Assembly (NCBI GenBank): GCA_963711565.1
Contig: CAVQEQ010000003.1
Coordinates: forward strand, 288,001 to 352,000
From: an uncultured delta proteobacterium
GTDB taxonomy: Bacteria > Desulfobacterota > Binatia > Binatales > Binataceae
DNA length: 64,000 nt
Direction: 5' to 3'
The position numbers and the translations under genes are program-made. The first letter of the stretch is position 1; each line of letters begins with the position of its first letter. Shown here piece by piece: positions 35,150 through 44,930 of the stretch. A model generated the notes under the pieces. The model saw only the letters and a program-made list of their open reading frames with translations, was not told the origin of the DNA and ran no database searches.

Positions 35150-35275
35150 TCAATGATGCTTCACTATGATCGTCACGACCGAGATTGCTACTAAGAAAAC
35201 CATGATGCCGAGCAGTATCTTGAGTGTCCGCCAATTTTCCTCTTTGCGCTCTTCGCGCCTAACCAGGGTACTCAT
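35150..35275 (-). CDS. 41-aa single-TM small protein, below the ORF-track cutoff
   Basis: MSTLVRREERKEENWRTLKILLGIMVFLVAISVVTIIVKHH; fills the gap between the heme O synthase and subunit III genes. Confidence 0.65.
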   Translation of the reverse strand: MSTLVRREERKEENWRTLKILLGIMVFLVAISVVTIIVKHH

Positions 35276-35283
35276 TCGATTAC

Positions 35284-36189
35284 TCATACGCGATCCAGCA
35301 CGAGTACTAACAAGACGATCGGCAAATAGACTATCGACGCGAGCAACAACCGGCGCGCCGCTTTGGAATTGCCGGGCGCGCGTACCATCGCGACTCCAAA
35401 TGCCAGCATCCAGATGCCAAGCGCCGATGCGATGACGACGTAAGGAATTCCAGTGAGGCCGAGCATCGTCGGGATGATTCCGACCGCGATGAGGCCGAGG
35501 CTGCCCACGATGACGATTGGATTCGACGCGTTTCCGCCGCGCGAATTATTTTGCGGAAGCAGGTGGATGCCGGCGCGTTCGTAGTCGGTGCGATAAAGCC
35601 GCGCGACTGCCATCGTATGCGGCAACTGCCACAGGAACATGATCGCAAACAGGATAATCGGCTCCCAGCCCAGCCCGGCGTGCGCCGCTGCCCATCCCGC
35701 GACGGGAGGAAGCGCGCCCGGAACCGCGCCGACGATGTTGCACAGCCAGGTGTAGCGCTTCAGCGGCGTGTACACGCCGAGGTAAATGATCGTGATTGCG
35801 GCCGTCACCACAGCGCAGAGCAAGTTCGTTGCGAGCGTCAAGTACATGAGGCCCGCCGCAGTCGCGACAACGCCAAACGTCAGCGCTTCGGCCGGGCGCA
35901 TCCGCATGTCAGGCAGCGGGCGATTGCGGGTGCGATCCATCATCGCGTCGGTGTCGCGCTCGACGTACTGATTAAGCGCGAGCGTCCCGCCGGCCGCCAG
36001 CGCAGTGCCGGCGAGGAGATTCAGCGCGAGCGTCAGGTCGAAGCCGGAGCGTCCGCCGAGATAAAAACCGGCGAGCGTCGTGACCAGCACCATCAGCACG
36101 ACGCGCGGCTTGGTCAGCTCGAAGTAATCGCTCACACGGCCGTGCGGCAGCGTCAATGCGGATTCCGCCATCGCGACTTTCGCGCTCAT
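35284..36189 (-). CDS. ctaB: Protoheme IX farnesyltransferase (heme O synthase)
   Basis: YFELTKPRV, NQYVERDTDAMMDRTRNRPLP, YTPLKR, FLWQLPH; start moved to 36189 (ATGA overlap). Confidence 0.93.
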   Translation of the reverse strand: MSAKVAMAESALTLPHGRVSDYFELTKPRVVLMVLVTTLAGFYLGGRSGFDLTLALNLLAGTALAAGGTLALNQYVERDTDAMMDRTRNRPLPDMRMRPAEALTFGVVATAAGLMYLTLATNLLCAVVTAAITIIYLGVYTPLKRYTWLCNIVGAVPGALPPVAGWAAAHAGLGWEPIILFAIMFLWQLPHTMAVARLYRTDYERAGIHLLPQNNSRGGNASNPIVIVGSLGLIAVGIIPTMLGLTGIPYVVIASALGIWMLAFGVAMVRAPGNSKAARRLLLASIVYLPIVLLVLVLDRV

Positions 36190-37178
36190 GCGGTCACCTG
36201 CCGTTCGATCACGCGCGAACTCGTGCGCGACTCGATCGCATGCGCGCGATTCGGCACGCCGAGAATATGATATGCGCGAAGCGTCAGCGTCAGGCTGGTC
36301 GCGAGGACCGCCGCGCCGACTGCAACGTGGCTCGTCGTCGGAATCACCATCCGGCCGCTCCAGATTGTGATCGCACCGAGACAAATCTGGACCACGAGCA
36401 GGATTAACAGCCCCAGTGCGGGACGGCGCAGCGCGACGACCTCGCGATGAGTCCGCAGCACGCGCGCGACCGTCCACAAAACCATTGCAGTGACGACAAT
36501 CGCACCGCATCGATGCGCAAAGTTAACCGCGATGTACTCGTTCCAGTACGGCGGAATTACGCGGCCGAACGAAAGCGGGAAATCGGGAATCACCAGCCCG
36601 GCGCTCATGTGACGCATCAGCGCGCCAACGAGAATCTGCATATAGATGATAGCGGTGGTCGCAACGGCGAGCGTCGGCAGCGAGATTCGCGAAGGTGGAT
36701 CATCGACGTGCGGGGTCGAGTCCCAGCGCGGGTTCGTGAAGATGGCGATCGACACCATGAGGCAGAACAGCGCCTGCGCAGTGGCGGCGTGCGTAACCGC
36801 GATCGCCAGCGGCAATTCGAACAGCACGGTAATTCCGCCGAGGATGGCCTGCACGATGATTAGTCCGAACGCGAGCATGACAAGTCTGCGGACCCATCGC
36901 CGCGGCTCGGCGCGCCAGGCCCACGCCATCAACACGAGCGTGAGAATCACCACAGTTCCAGCAGCGAGGCGATGGCCGAATTCGAAACGGATACCGCCCT
37001 GCCAGGCCGGGATCAGTTTGCCGAACGCCAGCGGCCAGTCGGGGACGGCGAGCGCGGAACCGGTCGAAGTGACCAGGCCGCCGACGAAGATGAGGCAAAA
37101 GGTCGCGCCGGCGGTCAGCACCGCAAAGCGATGCAGTCCGCGCGCCTTCTCCACCTCAGTTGGCGACTGATTCGTCAC
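36186..37178 (-). CDS. ctaA: Heme A synthase (COX15/CtaA family)
   Basis: GGLVTSTGSALAVPDWP, EFGHR, QAILGGITV, NFAHR. Confidence 0.9.
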   Translation of the reverse strand: MTNQSPTEVEKARGLHRFAVLTAGATFCLIFVGGLVTSTGSALAVPDWPLAFGKLIPAWQGGIRFEFGHRLAAGTVVILTLVLMAWAWRAEPRRWVRRLVMLAFGLIIVQAILGGITVLFELPLAIAVTHAATAQALFCLMVSIAIFTNPRWDSTPHVDDPPSRISLPTLAVATTAIIYMQILVGALMRHMSAGLVIPDFPLSFGRVIPPYWNEYIAVNFAHRCGAIVVTAMVLWTVARVLRTHREVVALRRPALGLLILLVVQICLGAITIWSGRMVIPTTSHVAVGAAVLATSLTLTLRAYHILGVPNRAHAIESRTSSRVIERQVTA

Positions 37179-37193
37179 TGGCTATTCGACTGA

Positions 37194-38948
37194 CTAATCC
37201 GCCGCGGCCGTCGAGTGTTCGAGCAACTGCGATTGCGGCAGGTAGTCCTCCGCGACCTCCGGCGAGCTGTACTCGTACGGTCCGCGGTAAACGATCGGCA
37301 CCGGGCCGGGCCAGTTGCCGTGCGGCGGCGGCGACGGCGTCGTCCACTCGAGCGTGTTTGCATGCCACGGATTCTCAGTGGCCTTCTCGCCCTTGTAATA
37401 GCTGTAGATGATGTTCGCGAGGAACAAAAACTGCGCGGCGCCGAGCACGAAGGCGCTGATCGAAATGAATTCGTTGATCGGAATGATCGGCTTCAGGAAA
37501 TCGTACTGCTGCGGATTGTAAATCCGGCGCATATGCCCGGCCATCCCCAGGATGTGCATCGGGAAGAAGGTGCAGTTGAAGGCGACGAAAGTGATCCAGA
37601 AGTGAACCTTGCCCAGCTTCTCGCTCATCATGTGGCCGAACATCTTGGGATACCAATAGGTAACTCCCGCAAAAATCCCGAACAGGCTACCGCCGAATAG
37701 TACGTAGTGAATATGTGCGACGATGAAGTAAGTATCGTGGATGTACATATCGACCGGTGTCGACGCCATCCAGATTCCCGAGAGTCCGCCAATGACGAAC
37801 ATCGCGACGAAGGCAAGCGCGTTCATCATCGCGGTCGTATAGTGGATGTTGCCCTTGTACAGGGTGCCCAGCCAGTTGAAGGTCTTAATCGCCGAGGGCA
37901 CTCCGATGATCATTGTCGTGATCATGAAGCTGCTGCCGAGCGCCGGGTCCATACCGGACTGGAACATGTGATGGCCCCAGACGACCCACGACAGGAATGC
38001 GATCGCGATCATCGCGTAGGCCATCGCGCGGTATCCGAAGATCGGCTTGCGCGAGAATACCGAGATGATCTCGGAGGAGATGCCCATCGCGGGCAGGATC
38101 ATGATGTAGACCTCGGGATGGCCGAAGAACCAGAACAGATGCTGCCACAGCAGCGGCTCGCCGCCGCCGGCAGGCAGAAAGAAATGCGTGCCGCCCATGC
38201 GATCGAACAGCAACAGCGCGAGCGCCGTCGTCAGCACCGGCAGCGCGAGCAGCAGCAGAATCGCGGTGATGAACAGCGACCAGATCACCAGCGGCAGGCG
38301 GAAGAAGTACATCCCCTTGGTGCGCATGTTGATGATCGTCGTGATGTAGTTGATCGAGCCCATCAGCGACGACGCGCCGAGCACGATAATGCTGATGCAC
38401 CATAAGTCCTGGCCCCAATCGACGCCGGTATATATCGGCACGGCGCTCAGGGGCGCATACGAGGTCCAGCCCGCGGCGGCGGGACCGCCAGTGACGAAGA
38501 ACGACGACAGCATGATCACGCCGGCGACCGCACCGACCCAGAACGACAGCATGTTCAGCTTGGGGAACGCCATGTCGCGCGCGCCGATCATCAACGGGAT
38601 GAGGAAATTGCCGAAGCATCCGACCAAGATAGGCATCACCACGAAGAAGATCATGATGGTGGCGTGCATCGTAAACATCGCGTTGTAGGTGTTTGGCGGG
38701 ATCGCGCCGTCGTACATGAACGGCTCGGGCACCCAGTGAAATCCGGGGACCGCGGTCTCGGGAAACGCGAGTTCCCACCGCATCAGCATCGCCATCAGGC
38801 CGCCGATCGACATCATGAACAGCGCCATGAAGAGGAACTGGCGCCCGATCATCTTGTGATCTTCGGAAAATATGTAGGTGCGTATGAATCCGAGCTCGTG
38901 ATGCTCGGCGTGCGCCCCGTGTGCCGCAACCGCTGCCGTACTACTCAT
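37194..38948 (-). CDS. ctaD: Cytochrome c oxidase subunit I (type A1)
   Basis: DHKMIG, FTMHAT, WFFGHPEVY, WGHHMF, VAHIHY. Confidence 0.97.
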   Translation of the reverse strand: MSSTAAVAAHGAHAEHHELGFIRTYIFSEDHKMIGRQFLFMALFMMSIGGLMAMLMRWELAFPETAVPGFHWVPEPFMYDGAIPPNTYNAMFTMHATIMIFFVVMPILVGCFGNFLIPLMIGARDMAFPKLNMLSFWVGAVAGVIMLSSFFVTGGPAAAGWTSYAPLSAVPIYTGVDWGQDLWCISIIVLGASSLMGSINYITTIINMRTKGMYFFRLPLVIWSLFITAILLLLALPVLTTALALLLFDRMGGTHFFLPAGGGEPLLWQHLFWFFGHPEVYIMILPAMGISSEIISVFSRKPIFGYRAMAYAMIAIAFLSWVVWGHHMFQSGMDPALGSSFMITTMIIGVPSAIKTFNWLGTLYKGNIHYTTAMMNALAFVAMFVIGGLSGIWMASTPVDMYIHDTYFIVAHIHYVLFGGSLFGIFAGVTYWYPKMFGHMMSEKLGKVHFWITFVAFNCTFFPMHILGMAGHMRRIYNPQQYDFLKPIIPINEFISISAFVLGAAQFLFLANIIYSYYKGEKATENPWHANTLEWTTPSPPPHGNWPGPVPIVYRGPYEYSSPEVAEDYLPQSQLLEHSTAAAD

Positions 38949-38993
38949 TTTCGACTGGCTCCTCCGTGGGACAGTGGCCGGCGAATGCGGGCG

Positions 38994-39662
38994 TTACTTG
39001 TTCTGGTCGTATTGCTCTTTGATCCACTTGTCGTAATCCTCTTGCGACTGCACCGTCAGGTTGCCCTTCATCCCCGAATGTCCGAAGCCGCACAACTCCG
39101 CGCACGGAATTTCGTATTGCCCGGTTTCGGTCGCCTCGAACCAGACGTGAATGATGCGTCCCGGGACCGCGTCCTGCTTAAGGCGCATGTTCGGGACGAA
39201 AAAACTGTGGATGACGTCCTTCGAGGTCAGATCGATCCGCACGACCTTGTTCACCGGCACGTGCAACTCGTTCTCGACCATCAGGTCGTCCTTGGTGCCG
39301 AACTTGCCGTCGGGTCCGGGGTACGTGATTTCCCAATTGAACTGCTTTCCTGTCACCTGGTAGAACACGTCGCCCGGCGGCCCATGCTCCTTGATGTCGG
39401 CCCAGGTCGAGCGGCTCATGATCGCCAGCGTGATCAGGATAACCGTGGTCGCCGTGGTCCAGATGATCTCGAGGCGCGAATTGCCTTCGATATACTCCGC
39501 CTTGCGGCCGGGCCGGGTGCGATAGCGAATCATGAAGGTCACCATCGTGATCATCACGAGAACCCAGACGACCATCACGATCCAGAAGATCAACTCGAAC
39601 AGAAAGTCGATCTGGGGGCCGAAGGTCGAGATGTCGTGCGGAAAATACAGATGCTCGAGCAT
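38994..39662 (-). CDS. ctaC: Cytochrome c oxidase subunit II
   Basis: LEIIWT, DVIHSF, CuA motif CAELCGFGHSGM. Confidence 0.95.
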   Translation of the reverse strand: MLEHLYFPHDISTFGPQIDFLFELIFWIVMVVWVLVMITMVTFMIRYRTRPGRKAEYIEGNSRLEIIWTTATTVILITLAIMSRSTWADIKEHGPPGDVFYQVTGKQFNWEITYPGPDGKFGTKDDLMVENELHVPVNKVVRIDLTSKDVIHSFFVPNMRLKQDAVPGRIIHVWFEATETGQYEIPCAELCGFGHSGMKGNLTVQSQEDYDKWIKEQYDQNK

Positions 39663-40003
39663 CGAAGCGTCACCTCTGCGCTATCAACGGGCAGATGCCG
39701 GACCAGCGTTCGCCGCGCCAAACAAGGCGGCTGATGCAACCTGCCAACACCTTTCGATTCATGAATTTGGTGCGATTATGCCTGTCCGCGCCAGTATTAG
39801 TGAAATGAAAAATCCTGCTTCCCCGCCGCAACCAGCGCTAAATCACCGCCGGTATGACGCTCATATTTCGCCTGCAAATTCAAGCGCTTCGCAGTCGCGG
39901 GATCGCAGGGCCGGCGCCAACGGAAATCGGACGCCGTCGCGCGATTGGCGGCAACAAAGCTTTGGGCTACAACCAGTCGAGGAAGAGGAGGTCTTGGTCC
40001 CTT

Positions 40004-41788
40004 ATGCCTGATCGCGTGGCGACCCTTTCGCAAAACTTCGAGGCGCAGGCCCAGAAGTACGGTTCGCGCGCGTTCCTGAAGGACAAGCGCGACAAAGTCT
40101 GGACCGACCATTCGTGGGCCGACGTTGCCGAGGCCGCCGGAAAGCTGCGCGCCGGACTGCTGGGCCTCGGCGTGCGCCCCGGCAATCGCGTCGCCATCCT
40201 GTCGGACAATTGCCCCGAATGGATCGTCGTCGATCAGGCTGTGCTCGGGCTCGGCGCGATCGTCGTGCCGCTCTACACGACCAGCGGCGTCGAGGAAACT
40301 GCGCACGTCATCAGCGACTCGGGCGCGAAAGTGATCGCAGCCAACGGGCCCGAGATGGTCAAGAAGATTCTTGGCCTCAGCGCCTCAATTCCCGAGGTCA
40401 CCGCGATTGTCGCGATGCACAGTGGCGCGGAATCCACACCCGCCGTCAACGGGACGCCCGCCGTCGTGACGGCGGCGTCGATAAGTGGCGACGCGCCGGC
40501 GGCCATCGTCGAGGGCAGCAGCGACGACCTCGCGACACTCATCTATACGTCGGGGACGACGGGCACGTCGAAGGGCGTGATGCTCTCGCATGGCAACCTG
40601 CTGGCCAACGCCGAGGACTCGCTCGCCGCGCTCGCGCTCAACGATACCGACATGACGCTGTCGCATCTGCCGATCGCGCATTCGTTCGAACGCACGGCGG
40701 GCTACTATACCGTCGCGATGGCGGGCGGGACGATCGCGTTCGCGGAGAGCCTGGGGCAGATCGCGTCGAACCTGACCGAGGTCGAGCCAACCGTCGTGCT
40801 GACGGTGCCGCGCCTGCTCGAAGTGATACACAGCCGCGTGATGCGCACGGTCGAGACCTCGCCGCCGATGCGGCAGCGGTTGTTCAGGATGGCTCTCACA
40901 GCGGGCGAGCAGGCTGCAGAGTATCGGAATCGCGGGAAACCGGTTCCGCCGATGCTCGCACTCTCGATGGCGTTGTTCAGGCGGCTGGTTTTCGCGCGAG
41001 TGCGCGCTATCTTCGGCAGTCGAATCCGTTACCTGATTTCCGGCGGCGCGCCACTGCCGACTGAGATCAACCGGTTCCTCTCGGCCGCCGAAGTTCCAAT
41101 CGTCGAAGGGTACGGCCTGACCGAAGCGGCTCCCGTCGTCGCGGTTAATCTGCATAACGGCAGGACCCGAATCGGCACGGTGGGACTGCCGCTGAAGCGC
41201 ATCCAGGTCGAAACCGCGCCGGACGGCGAGTTGCTGCTGCGCGGGCCAAATATAATGAAGGGCTACTACAAGCTCGAAGCGGAGACGAAGGAAGCGATCG
41301 ACGAAAACGGATGGCTCCATACCGGCGACATCGCGAAGATCAACGTCGAGGGCTACATCTCGATCACCGATCGCAAAAAAGAAATCATCGTGCTGTCGGG
41401 CGGCAAGAACGTCTCGCCCGCCTACGTCGAAGGCAAGCTCACGGCAGACAAGTTCATCAGCCAGGCCTGCGTGATCGGCGACCGCCGTAAGCATCTCGCG
41501 GCGCTGGTCGTCCCGGACTACGAAAATCTCGTCGACTTTCTGAAAGAGAAGAACCTCGATCCGAAGAACGCGGACGCGCTCACAAAATCAAAAGAGTTGA
41601 AGACGTTCGTGCAAGGGCGAATTCGCGAAATCAACAAGCAGCTCTCGGACGTCGAAGCGGTCGCCGCATTCACGATCGTCCCGCCGCTAACGCAGGAAAA
41701 TGGAGAGCTGACGCCGTCGCTCAAGGTGCGCCGCAAGATAGTGCAGGCGCATTTCAAGGATCAGATCGATTCGATGTACGGGGATTGA
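40004..41788 (+). CDS. Long-chain fatty acid-CoA ligase
   Basis: IYTSGTTGTSKG, EGYGLTE, GWLHTGD, DRKKE, LTPSLKVRR; start moved to ATG 40004. Confidence 0.92.
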   Translation: MPDRVATLSQNFEAQAQKYGSRAFLKDKRDKVWTDHSWADVAEAAGKLRAGLLGLGVRPGNRVAILSDNCPEWIVVDQAVLGLGAIVVPLYTTSGVEETAHVISDSGAKVIAANGPEMVKKILGLSASIPEVTAIVAMHSGAESTPAVNGTPAVVTAASISGDAPAAIVEGSSDDLATLIYTSGTTGTSKGVMLSHGNLLANAEDSLAALALNDTDMTLSHLPIAHSFERTAGYYTVAMAGGTIAFAESLGQIASNLTEVEPTVVLTVPRLLEVIHSRVMRTVETSPPMRQRLFRMALTAGEQAAEYRNRGKPVPPMLALSMALFRRLVFARVRAIFGSRIRYLISGGAPLPTEINRFLSAAEVPIVEGYGLTEAAPVVAVNLHNGRTRIGTVGLPLKRIQVETAPDGELLLRGPNIMKGYYKLEAETKEAIDENGWLHTGDIAKINVEGYISITDRKKEIIVLSGGKNVSPAYVEGKLTADKFISQACVIGDRRKHLAALVVPDYENLVDFLKEKNLDPKNADALTKSKELKTFVQGRIREINKQLSDVEAVAAFTIVPPLTQENGELTPSLKVRRKIVQAHFKDQIDSMYGD

Positions 41789-41790
41789 AT

Positions 41791-41878
41791 GCGGGGCTAC
41801 GCGCCCCGCGCCCGCGGCAGGGGTGACCCCTGCACCCAATGTGAAGAGCAAAGTCGCGCGCAGCGCGCTACTTTGCTC
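41791..41878. repeat. Left copy of an ~88-bp composite inverted repeat
   Basis: GGGGCTACGCGCCCCGCGCCCGCGGCAGGGGTGACCCCTGCACCC plus hairpin GAGCAAAGT...ACTTTGCTC; inverted copy at 42810-42898. Confidence 0.8.
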
Positions 41879-41914
41879 CCAGGGGCGGTGGCCGGATGGT
41901 GTGCCTGACAGATC

Positions 41915-42667
41915 TCAGCGCGCGTTCTTCGCCAACCAAGCGCTTGAGCGCTTGAAGTACGCGCGGACATTCGTGGATAGATAGCGCGTCCAATCCGGCC
42001 TGCTCTCGCTGCGCTCAGCCGCGAACTTCGCCAGTGCGTATCCATAGATCTCCTGCGACAAGTAGCCGAGGCGCCGCATCGACCAACTATGCCATCCGCC
42101 ACCAAGATCGTAGTGGTTGAATCGCGCCGCCGAGTTCGCACTGAATATGCCCAGTCCGAGAAATACCGTCAGCAGATCGGTCATCGGTTCATGGTCGGGC
42201 GCGCTGCGATCGATGTGCCCATCGCCGAGAAGAATCAAATGGCCGAGTTCGTGCGCGACCGTCGCCACCAACACGATCGGATCCTTGAGCACCGAGCTCT
42301 TGAGAGCGATAACCACTCTGCCGTCTTCTTCAATCACTGATTCATGCCCGAAGTAGATACCTGCGGGCCGATTGGTTTGTATACTCCAAAGCGAATTCTC
42401 GCGGAGTTCCTCTGCCTCGTCCGGAAAGATTTCCAGCTTGATGCGAGTCCGATCGATCTGCCTGTATCCGCAGATTCGATCAACCAGCGCTTCCAATGAG
42501 GCTTTACTTCTGTCGAACGCGTCGGGGAAATGCTCGGCGTCGGGCAGGACGACTCTTGCTTCGAGCAGGCGCTTACGACCGAGCATCGCTTCCAGGCGGA
42601 CGAAGCCCTCGTCGACCCACAAACGCTCTTCCTGGTTAACAGGAAGTTTCGGAGAGAAGCCCAGCAT
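41915..42667 (-). CDS. Hypothetical HEXXH zinc metallopeptidase-like protein
   Basis: ATVAHELGH...DHEPMTDLLTVFLGLG. Confidence 0.75.
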   Translation of the reverse strand: MLGFSPKLPVNQEERLWVDEGFVRLEAMLGRKRLLEARVVLPDAEHFPDAFDRSKASLEALVDRICGYRQIDRTRIKLEIFPDEAEELRENSLWSIQTNRPAGIYFGHESVIEEDGRVVIALKSSVLKDPIVLVATVAHELGHLILLGDGHIDRSAPDHEPMTDLLTVFLGLGIFSANSAARFNHYDLGGGWHSWSMRRLGYLSQEIYGYALAKFAAERSESRPDWTRYLSTNVRAYFKRSSAWLAKNAR

Positions 42668-42809
42668 TGGTAACCGGACAGACTACCGATTCCGGTTACC
42701 TACTGCGACTCGTTCTCTGTCGCCGGCATCCTGCTCGATTCGAGGAACCTAACCCCTAACCCCTTCCCGAGCGGGAAGGGGAACCCGATTTTATGATTTA
42801 TGTGACCGA

Positions 42810-42898
42810 GAGCAAAGTAGTGCGCTTCGCGCAACTTTGCGATTTGATACCGGGTGCAGGGGTCACCCCTGCCGAGGGTGCGGGGCGAGGAGCCCCGC
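42810..42898. repeat. Right copy of the ~88-bp composite inverted repeat
   Basis: GAGCAAAGTAGTGCGC...ACTTTGC then GGGTGCAGGGGTCACCCCTGCCGAGGGTGCGGGGCGAGGAGCCCCGC. Confidence 0.8.
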
Positions 42899-42901
42899 GT
42901 T

Positions 42902-43396
42902 TCATTTGGTGCCGTTCTCGGCGGCCATCAGTACGTGAATCGTCGTCAGCTTCTTGACCATGTAGGCGCGCTTGCCCTTGGGCGTGACGACTTCGATATC
43001 GTCCTCCGCTGCCTTGCCGATTAGCGCGCGGCCCAGCGGCGACGACAGCGAGATGCGGTTCTGCGCGCCGTCGACTTCCTCCGGCACGACGATTTCGAAC
43101 TCCGCGATACCGCCCTCGTCGAGATCCTCGAGCTTGACGCGGCTGCCGAGGCCGACGGTGTCGCGCGGGATCGTCTCGAGATCGATCATCGTGAGCTCCG
43201 CGATTCGCGTCTCGAGGTTGCCGACCCGCGCGCGCAGGAACTCCTGGCGCTGCTTGGCCATCGCGTACTCCGCGTTCTCCGACAGGTCGCCGTGAGCTCG
43301 CGCGCGCTCGAGTTCCTTGGGCAGATCCACGGTGAGTTCGCGCTTGAGCGTCTCGAGGTCTTTCTTGAGCCGCTTGATTACCGGTAATTCAGCCAT
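42902..43396 (-). CDS. greA: Transcription elongation factor GreA
   Basis: ARAHGDLSENAEY, ISLSSPLGRALIGK. Confidence 0.92.
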   Translation of the reverse strand: MAELPVIKRLKKDLETLKRELTVDLPKELERARAHGDLSENAEYAMAKQRQEFLRARVGNLETRIAELTMIDLETIPRDTVGLGSRVKLEDLDEGGIAEFEIVVPEEVDGAQNRISLSSPLGRALIGKAAEDDIEVVTPKGKRAYMVKKLTTIHVLMAAENGTK

Positions 43397-43456
43397 CGAT
43401 AGATTCTTCCTGGAGCAGTCGTCTTTATTCTATACGATTCACAGCGTGAGCGAGCG

Positions 43457-43690
43457 TCAATCGGCGACGATCAACGTCAGGCTCCGATTCACTCCTGTCA
43501 CGCTCTGAATCTTGTGCACGATCAGCTCGCCGAGCGAGGTCACATCCGCGGCCTCGCAAATCGCGATGATGTCGTGCGGACCCGTGACCGCATGCGCCAC
43601 GGAAACACCGCTCACCCCGCGAATCTTGGCCGCGACCTCGCGCGCCTTTCCCGGTGACGTGTCGATAAGAATGAATGCCTTTACGGCCAT
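43457..43690 (-). CDS. Lrp/AsnC ligand-binding-domain protein
   Basis: MAVKAFILI...VTGPHDII...IQSVTGV; start moved to ATG 43690. Confidence 0.85.
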   Translation of the reverse strand: MAVKAFILIDTSPGKAREVAAKIRGVSGVSVAHAVTGPHDIIAICEAADVTSLGELIVHKIQSVTGVNRSLTLIVAD

Positions 43691-43730
43691 ACTCGTTTCC
43701 TCCCGCGCGCGCCGGTAATCCGGCACGCAG

Positions 43731-44612
43731 TTAGCGCGGTGGCGGAATCAAAGTTCCCTTCTCATCATATACATAAAATCCGCGGCCGGACTTGCGGCCG
43801 AGGTAGCCGGCATCGACGTACTTCTTCAGCAGCGGGCACGGACGGTACTTGTCGTCGCCGAGCACGCGATGCATCACCTCCATGATCGCGAGGCAGGTGT
43901 CGAGCCCGATCAGGTCCGCCAGCTCGAGCGGGCCCATCGGCTGGTTGGTGCCGAGCTTCATCGCGGTGTCGATATCGGTCACGCCGCCGACGCCTTCGTA
44001 CATCGTGTAAATCGCTTCGTTGATCATCGGCAGCAGCACGCGATTGACGATGAATCCCGGGAAATCCTGCGCCGTCATCGTAGTCTTGCCGAGCTGCTCG
44101 GCCAGCGTGCGCGTCTGCTGAAAAGTCGCTTCCGAGGTCGCCAGCCCGCGAATGATCTCGACCAGCTTCATCGCCGGCACGGGGTTCATGAAATGCATCC
44201 CGATGACGCGGTCGGCGCGCGAAGTCTTCGCGCCCATTTTGGTGATCGAAATCGACGACGTGTTCGAGGCGAAAATTGTCTCCTGCGGGCAGACCTTGTC
44301 GAGCTTCTGCAGCAGCGCAATCTTGGCGTCCTCGTTTTCGGTCACCGCCTCAATCACGAAGCCGACCTTGGCCAAGTCCTCGAGATTGGTGGTGGTCTCG
44401 ACCCGGCGCATCACGCGATCGCGCTCCTCGGGCTTGAAGCGCCCGCGCTCGATCATCCGGTCCAGGTTGCGCGCGATCGAATCGACCCCGCGCTTGCACA
44501 TGTCCGGCGCGATATCGTGCATCACGACCGCGATCTCCGCCTGCGCCGCGACCTGCGCGATTCCCGCACCCATCTGCCCTGCCCCGATAACGCCAATCTG
44601 CTGCAAACTCAT
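43731..44612 (-). CDS. 3-hydroxybutyryl/3-hydroxyacyl-CoA dehydrogenase
   Basis: GAGQMGAGIA, IEAVTE, ASNTSS, GMHFMNP, PGFIVNR, LGRKSGRGFY. Confidence 0.93.
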   Translation of the reverse strand: MSLQQIGVIGAGQMGAGIAQVAAQAEIAVVMHDIAPDMCKRGVDSIARNLDRMIERGRFKPEERDRVMRRVETTTNLEDLAKVGFVIEAVTENEDAKIALLQKLDKVCPQETIFASNTSSISITKMGAKTSRADRVIGMHFMNPVPAMKLVEIIRGLATSEATFQQTRTLAEQLGKTTMTAQDFPGFIVNRVLLPMINEAIYTMYEGVGGVTDIDTAMKLGTNQPMGPLELADLIGLDTCLAIMEVMHRVLGDDKYRPCPLLKKYVDAGYLGRKSGRGFYVYDEKGTLIPPPR

Positions 44613-44642
44613 TCCTATCTCCGAAAACCGGCCCGCCCCGAA

Positions 44643-44921
44643 CTAGAGGTACGGGATATAATTCTTGAGCGAGCTAAGCAACGCCGCAACGTCGGCCTCG
44701 TCGCCAAGGTCGCGGCACAGGATTTCATAGTAGCCCTTGATACGGCCGCGCTCCTGCTTCTCGGGCTGCTCGGCCAGCATCGCCTGGAAGTCTTTGAGAA
44801 TCGCCTGCGTCTCGAGTTTTTTCTTGACCGGAATCGCTTCGTCATCGACCGCAATCAGCAACCGGATGTGATCGATCATCCGGTTCATCACGGCAAAATC
44901 GCTGCGATCTTTTTCCACCAT
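44643..44921 (-). CDS. Hypothetical protein
   Basis: 92 aa, co-oriented in the operon, GAGG RBS. Confidence 0.7.
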   Translation of the reverse strand: MVEKDRSDFAVMNRMIDHIRLLIAVDDEAIPVKKKLETQAILKDFQAMLAEQPEKQERGRIKGYYEILCRDLGDEADVAALLSSLKNYIPYL

Positions 44922-44930
44922 CGAAAAGCC

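Noticed and set aside
39778-39795. Sigma-54 promoter for the cox operon (TGGCGCGGACAGGCA)
   Set aside because: GG-to-GC spacing is 9 nt rather than the required 10
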